Below, in pieces: positions 19,279-30,100 of a DNA stretch of 64,000 nt. Numbering within the stretch: the stretch's first letter is position 1; every line of letters begins with the position of its first letter. The notes beneath the pieces are model-generated. The model did not search any database. It was not told where the DNA came from and saw only the letters and a list, made by a program, of their open reading frames with translations. The DNA comes from Candidatus Daviesbacteria bacterium (GTDB lineage: Bacteria > Patescibacteriota > Microgenomatia > Daviesbacterales > UBA10151), in contig JACOXD010000011.1 in assembly GCA_016176465.1 (NCBI GenBank), forward strand, positions 12,318-76,317, read 5' to 3'. The translations under genes and the position numbers were made by a program.

Positions 19279-19301
19279 CTGTGTTCGACCGTAGTGGAGA
19301 A

Positions 19302-19568
19302 CTACAACTTAAAGTTGTTTATTAAGATCTTTCTCTTTTTATCTTGACTCCAACCTTTAATCTGTTTTTCTCTTATCCTAGCTTGTTCATAATCATTATG
19401 TTGCTCAAAGTACACTAATCTCTTAACTCCATGCTTAGCAGTATATTTACCGCCTAACCCGCTTAAATGTTGTTCAAATCTTAGCTCTGGTTTCCATGTT
19501 AAGCCGGTATAATATGTTCCATCTCTACACTCAATGATATAGACATACCAGCTCCATTGATTTTTCAT
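19302..19568 (-). CDS. GIY-YIG nuclease (UPF0213-like)
   Basis: YVYII...YYTG..R..QH..G.GGKYT, AR.REKQIKGWS. Confidence 0.9.
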   Translation of the reverse strand: MKNQWSWYVYIIECRDGTYYTGLTWKPELRFEQHLSGLGGKYTAKHGVKRLVYFEQHNDYEQARIREKQIKGWSQDKKRKILINNFKL

Positions 19569-19606
19569 AGGTACTTCTCCATGCGCTTCGCTTAGTCGAA
19601 GATAAA

Positions 19607-19855
19607 CTACTCAGACTCCTCTACAGCCTCCAGAAACCACTTAAGAGACTTAAGTTCAAATTTTAATCTATAAAAATTTCCATCTTTACTTGAAACTGAG
19701 AAAAAATAAACCAAGTTACCCTCCTCTTTAGCTGTATGAACTAAATTTATTTTATCTATCTGAATTTTTCTATCTTTCCAGAAAAAAATATAAGGGTGGA
19801 CTTTAACTCCTTTAAAAAATACCCAAACATTGATAGGTTCAGATAGTTCAAGCAT
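19607..19855 (-). CDS. Small beta-rich protein leading the dinB operon
   Basis: 82 aa, FFWKDR...FSVS...YRLKF...KWFL; co-oriented with dinB. Confidence 0.7.
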   Translation of the reverse strand: MLELSEPINVWVFFKGVKVHPYIFFWKDRKIQIDKINLVHTAKEEGNLVYFFSVSSKDGNFYRLKFELKSLKWFLEAVEESE

Positions 19856-19986
19856 AAAAGGTGATAAGTAACTTTTCGTATCTCGTATTACGTATCTCTT
19901 ATCACTATCTGTTATATACCCAAAGAAAATCCAAAGTCAATATAGAAAATTGTAAATAAAATTCATGGTAAAATTAAGCCTCTATT

Positions 19987-21684
19987 ATGAAGTTTTTGCT
20001 CTGTTTGCTATTTTCTCTGTTGTTTCTTTTTTTTGCTCAACCTACCCAAGCCATTGTTAACCCAAACTCTGTTCCTAATAATAAATTTGGAATTCATATT
20101 ATCTCTGCAAGTATTGATGAGGCTTCCCCTGCAGGAAGTTTAGTTAACTCATCTGGTGGTGATTGGGGCTATATCACAGTCTTAATTGAGAGTAAAGACA
20201 GAGATAAAAATAAATGGCAGGCCTTTTTTGATGATTTAAGAAAAAGGCATTTAATTCCAATTGTACGGCTAGCCACACAACCAGATCCTGCTGGGTTTTG
20301 GAAAAGACCATACCAAAGGGAGGAAGAAGCTTGGGCTAATTTTTTGGATGAGTTAAACTGGCCTACAAAAAACAGGTATGTAATTATTTATAACGAGCCA
20401 AACCATGCAACAGAGTGGGGAAATAGTGTGGATGCTAAGGACTATGCTCAAACTCTCAATAAAACTATTGATGAACTTAAGAAAAAATCAGAGAATTTTT
20501 TTATCTTAAACGCAGGATTTGACGCCTCTGCTCCTGAGAAATTGCCTAATTACTCTGATCAATTTGAGTTTATGAGACAAATGAATGATGAAGTACCAGG
20601 CATTTTTAATAAACTTGACGGCTTTGCCTCTCACTCTTACCCTAACCCCGGCTTTGTTTCCTCACCTGATGATTTTGGAAGAGGTAGCGTACGTACTTTT
20701 GCCTGGGAGATGGGTGTTTTAAGAGAACTTGCAGTTAATAAAGATTTACCTATTTTTATTACTGAAACTGGCTGGAAACACTCAGATGGCCAAAAGTTTG
20801 ATCCATCTTTGCCTTCTCCTGAAAAGATAGCCCAAAATTATAAGATAGCTTTTGAGGGTGCTTGGAACAGTAATAGAATTGTGGCAGTTACCCCCTTTTT
20901 ATTAAATTATCAAGAGACTCCATTTGACCATTTTTCTTTCCAAAAAAATGGTGAGAAAAACTATCATCCTCAGTTTGTAGAAATTAAAAAAATGCCTAAA
21001 TTAAAAGGCAGACCTATTCAAGAAGACCAAGCTAATTTAGTAAAAGGAAAAATATTTAGCTCTCTAGTTGCAGGAGAAAATTATGCTATCGCACTAACTT
21101 TTAAAAATATCGGGCAATCTATTTGGAATGAGTATGAAACTGTTACCCTGCAAGCTGTCTTGGGCGGTGGAGAGCTGGAATTTAAGGGCGTGCCTATACC
21201 TAAAGGAGTTAAGGTAGAACCGGGCCAAGATCATACTTTTTTAGTGAAAATTAAAGCTCCTGGTGATGGAAAATATAAAATTGCCTTAAATTTATTTAGG
21301 GGGAATGAACAGTTTAGTTCAAAATCTGTTGAGTTTGAAACAGAAGTTAAATCTCCTGTTATCTTACAAGTTAAAGCTAAATTAAGGTGGAAAGAAAATT
21401 CATCCGGAGATTATATCTTAGGGGTAACAGGGGTAATTCAAGACAGCTTTAAAAAAATAGCTCTAAATTCAGGTGGGGAATCGGAAAATATAGAGATGAG
21501 GCAGTTGTTGCCTGAGTATACTTTTGAGTTTAGCTTAAGAAAACCTTACTATAAATCTAAATCTTTAATTCAAAATGTTAAATCTGGGATAAATACACTA
21601 GATTTTGGAATTTTGGAGCCAGACTTCCCAGCAGCAATTTTAAACCCCAAAGAATTATGGAAGTTATTACCTTTTAGTAATTAA
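19987..21684 (+). CDS. Secreted clan-A glycoside hydrolase-like protein with Ig-like domains
   Basis: Signal peptide, YNEPN, SHSYP, IFITETGW; KNIG..W Ig-like module. Confidence 0.78.
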   Translation: MKFLLCLLFSLLFLFFAQPTQAIVNPNSVPNNKFGIHIISASIDEASPAGSLVNSSGGDWGYITVLIESKDRDKNKWQAFFDDLRKRHLIPIVRLATQPDPAGFWKRPYQREEEAWANFLDELNWPTKNRYVIIYNEPNHATEWGNSVDAKDYAQTLNKTIDELKKKSENFFILNAGFDASAPEKLPNYSDQFEFMRQMNDEVPGIFNKLDGFASHSYPNPGFVSSPDDFGRGSVRTFAWEMGVLRELAVNKDLPIFITETGWKHSDGQKFDPSLPSPEKIAQNYKIAFEGAWNSNRIVAVTPFLLNYQETPFDHFSFQKNGEKNYHPQFVEIKKMPKLKGRPIQEDQANLVKGKIFSSLVAGENYAIALTFKNIGQSIWNEYETVTLQAVLGGGELEFKGVPIPKGVKVEPGQDHTFLVKIKAPGDGKYKIALNLFRGNEQFSSKSVEFETEVKSPVILQVKAKLRWKENSSGDYILGVTGVIQDSFKKIALNSGGESENIEMRQLLPEYTFEFSLRKPYYKSKSLIQNVKSGINTLDFGILEPDFPAAILNPKELWKLLPFSN

Positions 21685-22160
21685 GCGGCTAACGCTCCTG
21701 TAACGATAGCTATTTTATCAGCATATCCTTCTTTAGGAAATGCTAGAGTAAACGGGATGTGCATTACCCTAAGCTTATAGACATCCTCGACCTCTTCTCC
21801 TATTGCCTTATTTGCTTTATAAAGCCTGTCTCTAAGTCTGGGTGCCAGTACTAACTTACTTGAATCAGTAAATATAAATCTTGGATCGCGCTCTCGCCAA
21901 ATAACTACCCCATTATCAATTATAGGGATGTGAACGGGCCGTGGCGCGTGGAATGTAAGATTAAAACTCCAAGCCTGTAATTCAACAGGTCTAGAAGTCT
22001 CTCCTCTGACAGCAGGCAGTATATCTTCTAAAGCAAACTTTACCCACTGACTAGTGCCCAAAACAGCTAGGGCTTGGGCGTAAAATCCAATTACTGCTAA
22101 CGCAGCCTCTTCAATTTTAGATCTATTCCATTCAACTAACTCCACAGCTTCATTTTTCAT
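21681..22160 (-). CDS. Hypothetical protein
   Basis: 159-aa ORF. Confidence 0.6.
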   Translation of the reverse strand: MKNEAVELVEWNRSKIEEAALAVIGFYAQALAVLGTSQWVKFALEDILPAVRGETSRPVELQAWSFNLTFHAPRPVHIPIIDNGVVIWRERDPRFIFTDSSKLVLAPRLRDRLYKANKAIGEEVEDVYKLRVMHIPFTLAFPKEGYADKIAIVTGALAA

Positions 22161-22229
22161 AGCAAATGCCTGTTACCTATAGGATAACTGGAAGTAGGAT
22201 CAAAAATCAAGTACAATATAAGCCTAAAT

Positions 22230-22302
22230 GGTGGCTGTAGCTCAGTGGTAGAGCGCTGGTTTGTGGAACCGGATGTCGCGGGTTCGAATCCCGTCAGTCA
22301 CC
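22230..22302 (+). tRNA. tRNA-His(GTG)
   Basis: G-1, GTGGCTG/CAGTCAC acceptor, loop TTGTGGA, GGTTCGAATCC. Confidence 0.95.
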
Positions 22303-22337
22303 CAAAAGAAGTAAAAAGTTGAAGGTGTGAACGTAGT

Positions 22338-22799
22338 TCACCCTGAGGGTGGAAATACATTTGCATTTATCTTTAGCGCTTCAATATCACGTTGCTTAGC
22401 GTTAATTACCCGCTCACCAACAATTATATCTTGCTGGGTTTTAGAGGCAAATAGAAGTTTTAAGGTTTCATCAAACCGAATCCAGACAGGGATATAGTCT
22501 TTTAAAGGAGAAAAGTTTAGCGCTTTGCCAACCTCAGCGTAGAATACATAGTTAATTTTATCTAATCCTTCATGGAAATAGTCATAAATTGGCAAAATAC
22601 GCTTTATTTTAAGATCTATTTTTAGAAATTCAAGCACTACTCTTTGAAATGTAATCATTGCATCTTCTCCTTCCCTACCTTCTCCTCCCAACATAGACCA
22701 TGCTGGACTAGAGTCATCTGTTGGTTGGGACTGAAGCAAGAGAATTTGCCCGGTCTTTTGGTTGTAAAGGAATCCGCTTGCATAAAAGGGTTTATGCAT
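22338..22799 (-). CDS. NUDIX-like protein (degenerate box)
   Basis: ASGFLY...ILLL...WSMLGG...GED...RVVLE. Confidence 0.65.
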   Translation of the reverse strand: MHKPFYASGFLYNQKTGQILLLQSQPTDDSSPAWSMLGGEGREGEDAMITFQRVVLEFLKIDLKIKRILPIYDYFHEGLDKINYVFYAEVGKALNFSPLKDYIPVWIRFDETLKLLFASKTQQDIIVGERVINAKQRDIEALKINANVFPPSG

Positions 22800-22904
22800 G
22801 GGAGTAGTATAACACAATTGCATAAATTTATTCTCTTGCTTCTCCTCAGGAGATAATTAAACTATAGGTTGATATATTTCCCCTAAAATCCTATAATTCT
22901 TTAT

Positions 22905-23372
22905 ATGCAGTCTCGATTAGAAATTAGGCATGCTCGCTTCGGGAAGCTGATGACAATTAGAGCATTTAGAGAAGGTGAACCGGTGGGCGGATTGGAGTAT
23001 TTCCCCGCCGAAACTCCAGGTGGTCCTATCACGCTTGAGGGGGTCAACTGTGATCCAGCTGAACCCTACTTAGGTAGAAAGCTACTTAGAAGGTTTGTTG
23101 AAACAGTAGGTCCTAATAAGTTAATAGTTGGATATATTGCCAATGATTCAACAAAAAGATACCTTCTGCGTAGCGGATTCATGGAAGGAGTAGATGAACA
23201 AAGTCCCAAAGATATTACAGAATTAATTGATTTGGAAAAAATTCCTCTGACAAGAGTATTAAGAACTGGTAATTTAAACTTAACCAGATTGCGCATTGTT
23301 TATAGCGCGGAGGTATTAGAAGCAGATCCAGAATTCCCTTATGCGATCCATTTTGAAGCTGTTACTAAATAA
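22905..23372 (+). CDS. Hypothetical protein, possibly GNAT-like
   Basis: VGGLEY, YLGRKLL, RSGF pattern; own TTGATA-N17-TATAAT promoter. Confidence 0.55.
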   Translation: MQSRLEIRHARFGKLMTIRAFREGEPVGGLEYFPAETPGGPITLEGVNCDPAEPYLGRKLLRRFVETVGPNKLIVGYIANDSTKRYLLRSGFMEGVDEQSPKDITELIDLEKIPLTRVLRTGNLNLTRLRIVYSAEVLEADPEFPYAIHFEAVTK

Positions 23373-23383
23373 ATTTTACAGAG

Positions 23384-23414
23384 TTTATGTGGAAACCCCC
23401 GGGGTTGAAAGCTA
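23384..23414 (+). repeat. 31-bp repeat with AACCCC-N-GGGGTT core, copy 2
   Basis: TTTATGTGGAAACCCCCGGGGTTGAAAGCTA. Confidence 0.85.
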
Positions 23415-23481
23415 ATATGTTAAGAGATTATACAGCCCTATAGTTTGATTAATATCCTCAAATACCTTATAATTATAAATC

Positions 23482-24225
23482 ATGGTTGAAGAAAATGGAA
23501 GCGGTAAAGGGGAAGATTTATCAAAATACCAATTTATGTATAGAGTTGCTGAGCCAATAACAACTGTACTTAAGCAAAGCGCGCGCATGCGTAAAACAAA
23601 CAGGGATATAGTATATACTTCCAGAAAGTATCTGGATTATGGAGACCCCCCAAAACCCTTTTGTCTTGCTGTTAGTCCTGAAGGGACAAAGCTTTTAAAA
23701 GAGTCTGACAGGTTATTAAAAATACTAGCTCTTACCCTAGAAGATGAAGAAATAGCTACACACTTACAAAATTTAAATTTACCAAATTTTAATGCCCATA
23801 TTGCCGGGCTTCCTTTAGGGGTTTCTTCCAGAATAGCTTTTGCCTGGATACAGGTTATCGAAAAGTCTCGTGCAGATTTTCAGGGAGAATTTCACCCACT
23901 TTCTGGCTTAGAAAGATTTGATGCTACTAGGGCTTTGGAAGATGAGGGTTTTGAATGCTTCCATCCTTACGTGGCTACTAACTGGAAATATGTGGTTGAG
24001 TTTCCAACAGGGGTTAGAGTTAAACAAGAGCAGTCTAACCTGGTTAGAAAAGCTTTTGAGGGATATTTAGAGGTAGCAGATAGAAGACTAAAGCGATTGA
24101 AGAGAAGAGGATTTTGGCAGCCTCACTGGAAACTAAGAACAGATCCTGAGTATTACTACATTGTTGATTTGAGACACAAAAGAGCTTTAAAAAGATTTAA
24201 AGCGTTTGATCCAGTAACAAGTTAG
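23482..24225 (+). CDS. Hypothetical protein
   Basis: 247-aa ORF; TTGATT-N17-TATAAT upstream. Confidence 0.65.
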   Translation: MVEENGSGKGEDLSKYQFMYRVAEPITTVLKQSARMRKTNRDIVYTSRKYLDYGDPPKPFCLAVSPEGTKLLKESDRLLKILALTLEDEEIATHLQNLNLPNFNAHIAGLPLGVSSRIAFAWIQVIEKSRADFQGEFHPLSGLERFDATRALEDEGFECFHPYVATNWKYVVEFPTGVRVKQEQSNLVRKAFEGYLEVADRRLKRLKRRGFWQPHWKLRTDPEYYYIVDLRHKRALKRFKAFDPVTS

Positions 24226-24242
24226 GATAAAATAGATCTCGT

Positions 24243-24797
24243 ATGAGTAAAGAAAATGGCTTAGAAATTATTAATAGTATCCGTTTTGATACTGAGGTTG
24301 AGAGAACACTAGCTTTGGAAGATTATGAAGGTGGACACTTTACCGAGGCAGATTTAAACCCTCCCAGACTAATCCAAAGGATGAGAATGCGGATGGTCGC
24401 CTTTCATGAAATTGGCCATAAAAAACTAGTTTCAGCTTTTGGTTATGCACTGAAAGCAATATCTGTTATCCCTAGAGGCATAACTTTGGGTTATACAAGT
24501 TATGCAACTACTAATGAGGATCCAGAAACAGCTGCAGAACATGGAATAGCTTTAGCTTTAGGCTCAGTTGCTGCTCAAGAAAGAGTAGGATTAAACCCAT
24601 GGGAAGGAACTGGTTCAGATTACCCTAAAGCTAAAAGATTATCAGAAGGGTTATCTGAACTAACAGGAGGTTTGGTTCACGCCAGTGAGTATTTCTCTAG
24701 AGGTTTATCTTTAGCTAAAGCTTGTTTAGCTTCCATTCCTATTTCCCAACTAAAAGTGGAAGCAAGAAGTTTAGAACAAGCAGGCACAGTTGCTTAA
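24243..24797 (+). CDS. Stand-alone FtsH/M41-like metalloprotease domain
   Basis: VAFHEIGH, ISVIPRG..LGYT, GTGSD. Confidence 0.7.
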   Translation: MSKENGLEIINSIRFDTEVERTLALEDYEGGHFTEADLNPPRLIQRMRMRMVAFHEIGHKKLVSAFGYALKAISVIPRGITLGYTSYATTNEDPETAAEHGIALALGSVAAQERVGLNPWEGTGSDYPKAKRLSEGLSELTGGLVHASEYFSRGLSLAKACLASIPISQLKVEARSLEQAGTVA

Positions 24798-24836
24798 GCA
24801 CCCTTAAGTGACGCCCCAGCTCTTGATGTGTCTAGT

Positions 24837-24912
24837 CTTCGACCCTGAGGACTTCGACGGTGAGCTCAGTCGAACCGCTCAGACCGAAGGGCTAACCCAC
24901 ACCGGGTGTGGG
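24837..24912. repeat. Nested TTCGAC...GTCGAA palindromes plus CCCACACC-G-GGTGTGGG
   Basis: Read directly from the GC-rich intergenic sequence. Confidence 0.75.
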
Positions 24913-24976
24913 GTGTGTAGGAATTGTTAAATTACCTACTTGCATAAATAAAAAATATCCTGGTATACTCGGCTAT

Positions 24977-25675
24977 ATGTTTTGGAAAATTTTATTTTTC
25001 CTTCTTATAGTAATTGTTAGCCCTCCTTCTTTAGTATTTGCCTCCCACAATAATCAACTCCAAACTAATATTGATATAGATATAAGAAATCGCTCTAGGG
25101 TAACTGAAAGTATTAAAATAACAATTTCTAACCCTAATGTTTTTGAGGTAACTAAAGTTAACCCAAGCAAGGCTGATTTTTTACAAGATGTATCTTTAAC
25201 AGGAAGCAATTTTGGAAGTACTCCTGGTTTTGTTAATTTTTATAATAGAAATAGCAGTCTTGTAGCTGGAGCAGTAATTAGTAATTGGACAAATTCAGAG
25301 GCAAAGTTTAAGGTTCCAGCCATTTTAGGTCACTCCAGATATTATTTAGAACTTCAAAAATCAGATGGGACTAGAAGTAACAAAATTAAGTTTTATGTTG
25401 ACGATGGCCAGCCAAAAATAAATTTATTGGAATCAAGTAACGCTAGAGTTGGAGAATTATTAACAATTAGGGGTGAGGAGTTAGGGAGAAGAGGAAAGGT
25501 AATCTTTTCCCAAAATGGGGTTAATGTTGCTGAGGGAGCAGTTAGGTCATGGACATCTTCCAGGATAAGAGTATACGTACCAGCTGGATTAAACTCAGGG
25601 CAAGAATATGGAATTCAAATTATTACCAATGATAACCGCCCCACCTCCTTGGTCTTTTATATCTTAGGGTTTTAG
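24977..25675 (+). CDS. Secreted IPT/TIG-domain protein
   Basis: Signal peptide; two LTG.NFG / W(T/S)....VP repeats. Confidence 0.8.
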   Translation: MFWKILFFLLIVIVSPPSLVFASHNNQLQTNIDIDIRNRSRVTESIKITISNPNVFEVTKVNPSKADFLQDVSLTGSNFGSTPGFVNFYNRNSSLVAGAVISNWTNSEAKFKVPAILGHSRYYLELQKSDGTRSNKIKFYVDDGQPKINLLESSNARVGELLTIRGEELGRRGKVIFSQNGVNVAEGAVRSWTSSRIRVYVPAGLNSGQEYGIQIITNDNRPTSLVFYILGF

Positions 25676-27088
25676 AACAAAAAATCTCCAGATAAAGGGA
25701 AAGTGGATTGTTGAAAGGGAAGTTGATGGTCCTATTGGACAAGAGAGGCTTTCACAGACAATTTCAAACTGGTTATAAATATAAATACTATTAAAGTAAA
25801 CTCCCACAACAATAACAACTACTAAAATAATCTTACAGATTTTTTCCAAGAATTCTTTGCGATAAAGTTCATAAAATAAAGAAGGTAGTGTTAGTAGAGA
25901 AAATAGCACTCTAAAAGTATTAGATGGTATCCCTGATCTAAAAGGGTTTATTAAGTAGTACCTGGTTGCCAAAAGCAGACCTACTAACAATACACTTTTG
26001 AAAAAAGTAATTTTATTAAATATAACTTGTATTCCCCATGCACCCATAATTGCCATCATGGGATATATTGGGTATCTATACCAAGGCAATAAATCTTGTT
26101 CTCCACCAGATAATAAAACTATTACTACCCAATACAAAAAGGCAAAGGGGACAACTTTTTTTAATCCTTCCGGAGGATTGATTAAAAAATAAATAGAAAA
26201 TAATAAACAAAAAACAAACCATCCATCAAAAAAAGTAAAAATATCATAAGCTGGTGTTTGCAGCAAGAAAGCAAGTCCTGAAAATCCTGCCGGTCTACTT
26301 CCCTGAATAGAAACTATCTTTAAAAAAATATCCTTGTCAAAATAAAACCCATATAAAATAAAGATAATTACAAATGGGATTGTTGCTAAAAATAGATAGA
26401 AAAAAAGTTTAGGTTTTTTTTGGGCAAATGCAAAGTACATAGCAAAAAAAGTTATAAAATAGCCGGTAGGTTTGGCAAGTCCGCCAAGTCCTGCAAGTAA
26501 TGGAACAATTAAAAGATAAGCGATATTTTTAGTTTCATTAAACTTAATTATTAAATAAACAGCCAGAGTAAAAAGTAGGGCAATCAAATTTTCTGGAACA
26601 GAAAGCCTTGAAGAAAAAACAAAGATGGGGGTTACACCATAAATTAGTAGACTCAATATCCCCATCCAATAGCCACTAAGAATTTTGGCAATTAGAAAAA
26701 TTAAAATAGAGGTTAAAGCGGCAAAAATTATTGCCGGAGCCCTTATATAAGAGGCGGGTAAAAGGTAGTTTTTATCCGCACCATATAAATGGGCCGCTCC
26801 TCCAGAGATTAACGAATATAAGGGAGGTTCATCTAGCCATGGTTTATATAAAGTTACACTTTGAATAGGAGGCCCACCATTTAAACTTTTTGGCCCTAGA
26901 TAGACTTGGTTTTTTTTAGGATAATCAAGCGCTGACCAAGAGACCGGAACTCCCTCTTCTATTAAATAAATCCCGGCCCAACCAAATAAGTGTTCTTCTA
27001 AATGTCCCTCACCCGGAACTTTATCAAAATTGTGAGTTCTTAAAATAAAAGTAAATAAAAAAACAAGAATAAATAGAACTAATTTCAT
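25664..27088 (-). CDS. GT-C (PMT/ArnT-like) glycosyltransferase
   Basis: DEPPLY, AKPTG, many TMs. Confidence 0.8.
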   Translation of the reverse strand: MKLVLFILVFLFTFILRTHNFDKVPGEGHLEEHLFGWAGIYLIEEGVPVSWSALDYPKKNQVYLGPKSLNGGPPIQSVTLYKPWLDEPPLYSLISGGAAHLYGADKNYLLPASYIRAPAIIFAALTSILIFLIAKILSGYWMGILSLLIYGVTPIFVFSSRLSVPENLIALLFTLAVYLIIKFNETKNIAYLLIVPLLAGLGGLAKPTGYFITFFAMYFAFAQKKPKLFFYLFLATIPFVIIFILYGFYFDKDIFLKIVSIQGSRPAGFSGLAFLLQTPAYDIFTFFDGWFVFCLLFSIYFLINPPEGLKKVVPFAFLYWVVIVLLSGGEQDLLPWYRYPIYPMMAIMGAWGIQVIFNKITFFKSVLLVGLLLATRYYLINPFRSGIPSNTFRVLFSLLTLPSLFYELYRKEFLEKICKIILVVVIVVGVYFNSIYIYNQFEIVCESLSCPIGPSTSLSTIHFPFIWRFFVLKP

Positions 27089-27100
27089 ATATAATTATTT

Positions 27101-30100
27101 ATGATGGCTATTAAATTATTCTTAAATCTTTTTTTTACATTAGCGTTTTTTTTAAATTTTGTCACTACCTCATTTGCCCAAAATTCTCAAAATAATTTCG
27201 TAAATATTGTAAATCCCATAAGAGGAAGTGATTTTTGGGAACAAAATTTTAAACCAACTGATTCTATTTCTAAACAATACCAAGCTATAGAAAAAGAAAA
27301 GCTGTCTGCAACTTGGCTCCTAAGATACGACGCGCTTAAAAATAAAGAGATTTCAGATCTTCTAAAAACATTTAATCAAAATCAAGAGTTTGGAATTTTA
27401 TTTGAAGTTACTCCTACTTTAACTAAAGAATCAGGGGTCGAATATAGAAAATCGCCGTCTTGGCACCATGCTGCCAGTGTGTTCCTAACAGGCTATTCCC
27501 AAGAAGAAAGAGTTAAATTAATTGACCAAGCATTTGAGGAGTTTAGAAAAACTTTTAAGGTTTACCCTAAATCAGTTGGGGCTTGGTGGATAGATTCGTA
27601 TTCTCTAAATTACATGCGGGATAAGTATAAAATTGATGCCAGTTTAGATGTAGCCGATCAGTTTTCAACTGACGGTTATCAAGTCTGGGGACAATATTTT
27701 TCAACTCCTTTTTACCCATCTAAAGATGATGCCCTAATCACACCAAAATCAAAGGAGCGAAAAATTGATGTTGTTGTAAGTCAGTGGGCGGCTAGGGATC
27801 CATATAACGGCTATGGCGAGAGAGTTGAAGATTCAACCTATTCTGTCCAAAGCAATGATTATCTTAAGTTTCACAATTTAGATATTAATTATTTTGACAA
27901 GCTTTTGGATATTTACACCAACCAACCTCTAAATGATTTTGGGCAATTAGTAATAGGTTTAGAAAATGATTTTGATTTTAATGATTTTGGGATAGAATAT
28001 CAAAAACAACTGGAATTAATTTCACAGAAACGAAGTGAGGGAAAACTGAGAGTTTCTAAACTTGCTGATTTTGCTATTTGGTATAAAAAAAATTTTCCTG
28101 ATATATCCCCAACACAGCTGGTAAATGCAGATGATCCATTAGGTAGTGGAGGGAAAGTTTTATGGTATCAATCCCCTTTTTATCGATTAGGATTTTTTGC
28201 CAACAAAAGCGGAGCTTTTATTAGAGACTTAAGGGTTTATAACGACTCATCAAAAGAACCCTGTTTGCTAAATCCTTGTAGTGAATTAAATTTCGCATTT
28301 ACAATAGCTAAAGCGCTTGATGATGTGACCCATCGCCAAAAGTATACTCTTGATGAGGGAGAAATTAAAAACTTTCGAGTAAGCAAAAACGGAACTGATG
28401 TTATTTTAAACTATACCAATGCTGCCAATGAAAATAAAAGTATCAGGTTATTACAACAAGATTTAGAAATTGATGGTAAAATTCACACCGTTTCTGGGTT
28501 AATTATTAATGCCACATCACAAGTTCCTACTGGTCCCTCCTCAAAAAATGATCTTTCTTTTCCTAAAATACCTATTTTAAACTTATTTTTTGACTTTGTT
28601 AAAACAATATTACTTTTAACTTTATTAATTTATTTCCCGGGAAGGTTACTTGTTAAAAAATTTGTCCCCAAAATTGGAGGTTTAAACCTAGTTCCATCAT
28701 CTATAATAAGTGGATTTAGTTTGTTTCTTTTGGGGGGTCTACTTTTTACCTTTTTAAAAGTTCCCTACCTTAACTTAATAATTTTTTCCACTTTAGGAAT
28801 AATTTCTCTTTACAAATACCGTTTAAGTTTTTTACAAATCCCCAAATATTTTTTCCCTCTTCTTTTGCTTTTGAGTCTAGGCAGTTTAACTCAAAGTTCG
28901 TTTTTATTTAGAAATGGTCTTGATTATCAAGGTTTACTATTCTTTTTTTCTGAGGAGGGCATCAATGGTTTAGTACATTTATCTCAAGCAGTTAATTTAA
29001 ACTCCCTTTCTCCTAATGCTTCGTTTTTTAGCGGAGAAATTTATAATAGACCTTTTTTGTTGGATTTATTCTTGTCACAAATAAAATTTTTGGACTTGTT
29101 AGATTTATATTTTAGATTTTTGCCACTGATTTTTTCCTTTTTAGCTGGTACCTTAATATTTTATATAACAACCCGTCTTTCCAATCGCAAAGCAGGAATC
29201 TTGGCAGTATTTTTTTACTATTTTGCTTTTGATTTTGCTGCTAAAAATATTTTCTGGGTCAAACAAGCAACTTTAGTAAATACTCAGTTAAATACTACTT
29301 TTAATATTATTTTAATTTTATCAGCCATTTATTTATTTTTGCTCTACATTGGCATTAGAAATAAATTTCTAATTTGGCTTTCAATTTTAAGCACTAGCTT
29401 TTTTCTAATTGACCAACTAGGGACTCTTCTTTCTTTTAACTTCACCCCCTTTTGGTTTGTTAAAACACTTCTTGATTCACCTGATCATTTAGGAAATTTT
29501 CCCAAAGCAACAGCCAGGTTTGTTTATGAGACTAAAGGAGAAAGTTTAAAGCTTGCTGGAATTACATTAATGGGACTGGTAATCTTTTACCTGGGAATTT
29601 TGGGAGTAAGAGTTTTAGGATTATTAGCATTGCTTAGAAAGAATCATTTTCCAAAATTAACTTTTACACTTTTACTAACTTCTTTAATATTTTTTTTAAT
29701 ACCTCAATTTTTTACATACAAACTTTTTCCTGAAGAGGTAAAACAGTATTTTTATTTTAGTATAGTATTAAACAATATATTACTTGGGATGTTTTTAGGA
29801 TCTTTCTTACATTTGCGTTTGCAAAAGTTAAGTTTTGCGGTTATTGGCTTCTTAATTATTATCTCTTTACTTGGCTCTTATATAAATTTATCGCAAAAGT
29901 TTGAGGAATCCCCCACTATTAAGATATCAAGTGAAGAGCTGAGCGCATTTAATTTTTTAAAAGAACAAAAGAAGGGTGGTGTAATCTCCCTATCAGATAA
30001 TAATGACTTTCCTTTTATGCCTTATTTTAGTAGCAATCCTTATTTTCTAAATGGAGAAAAATACATCCCCCTATACTTTGAAAATTATTCACAGAGGGTT

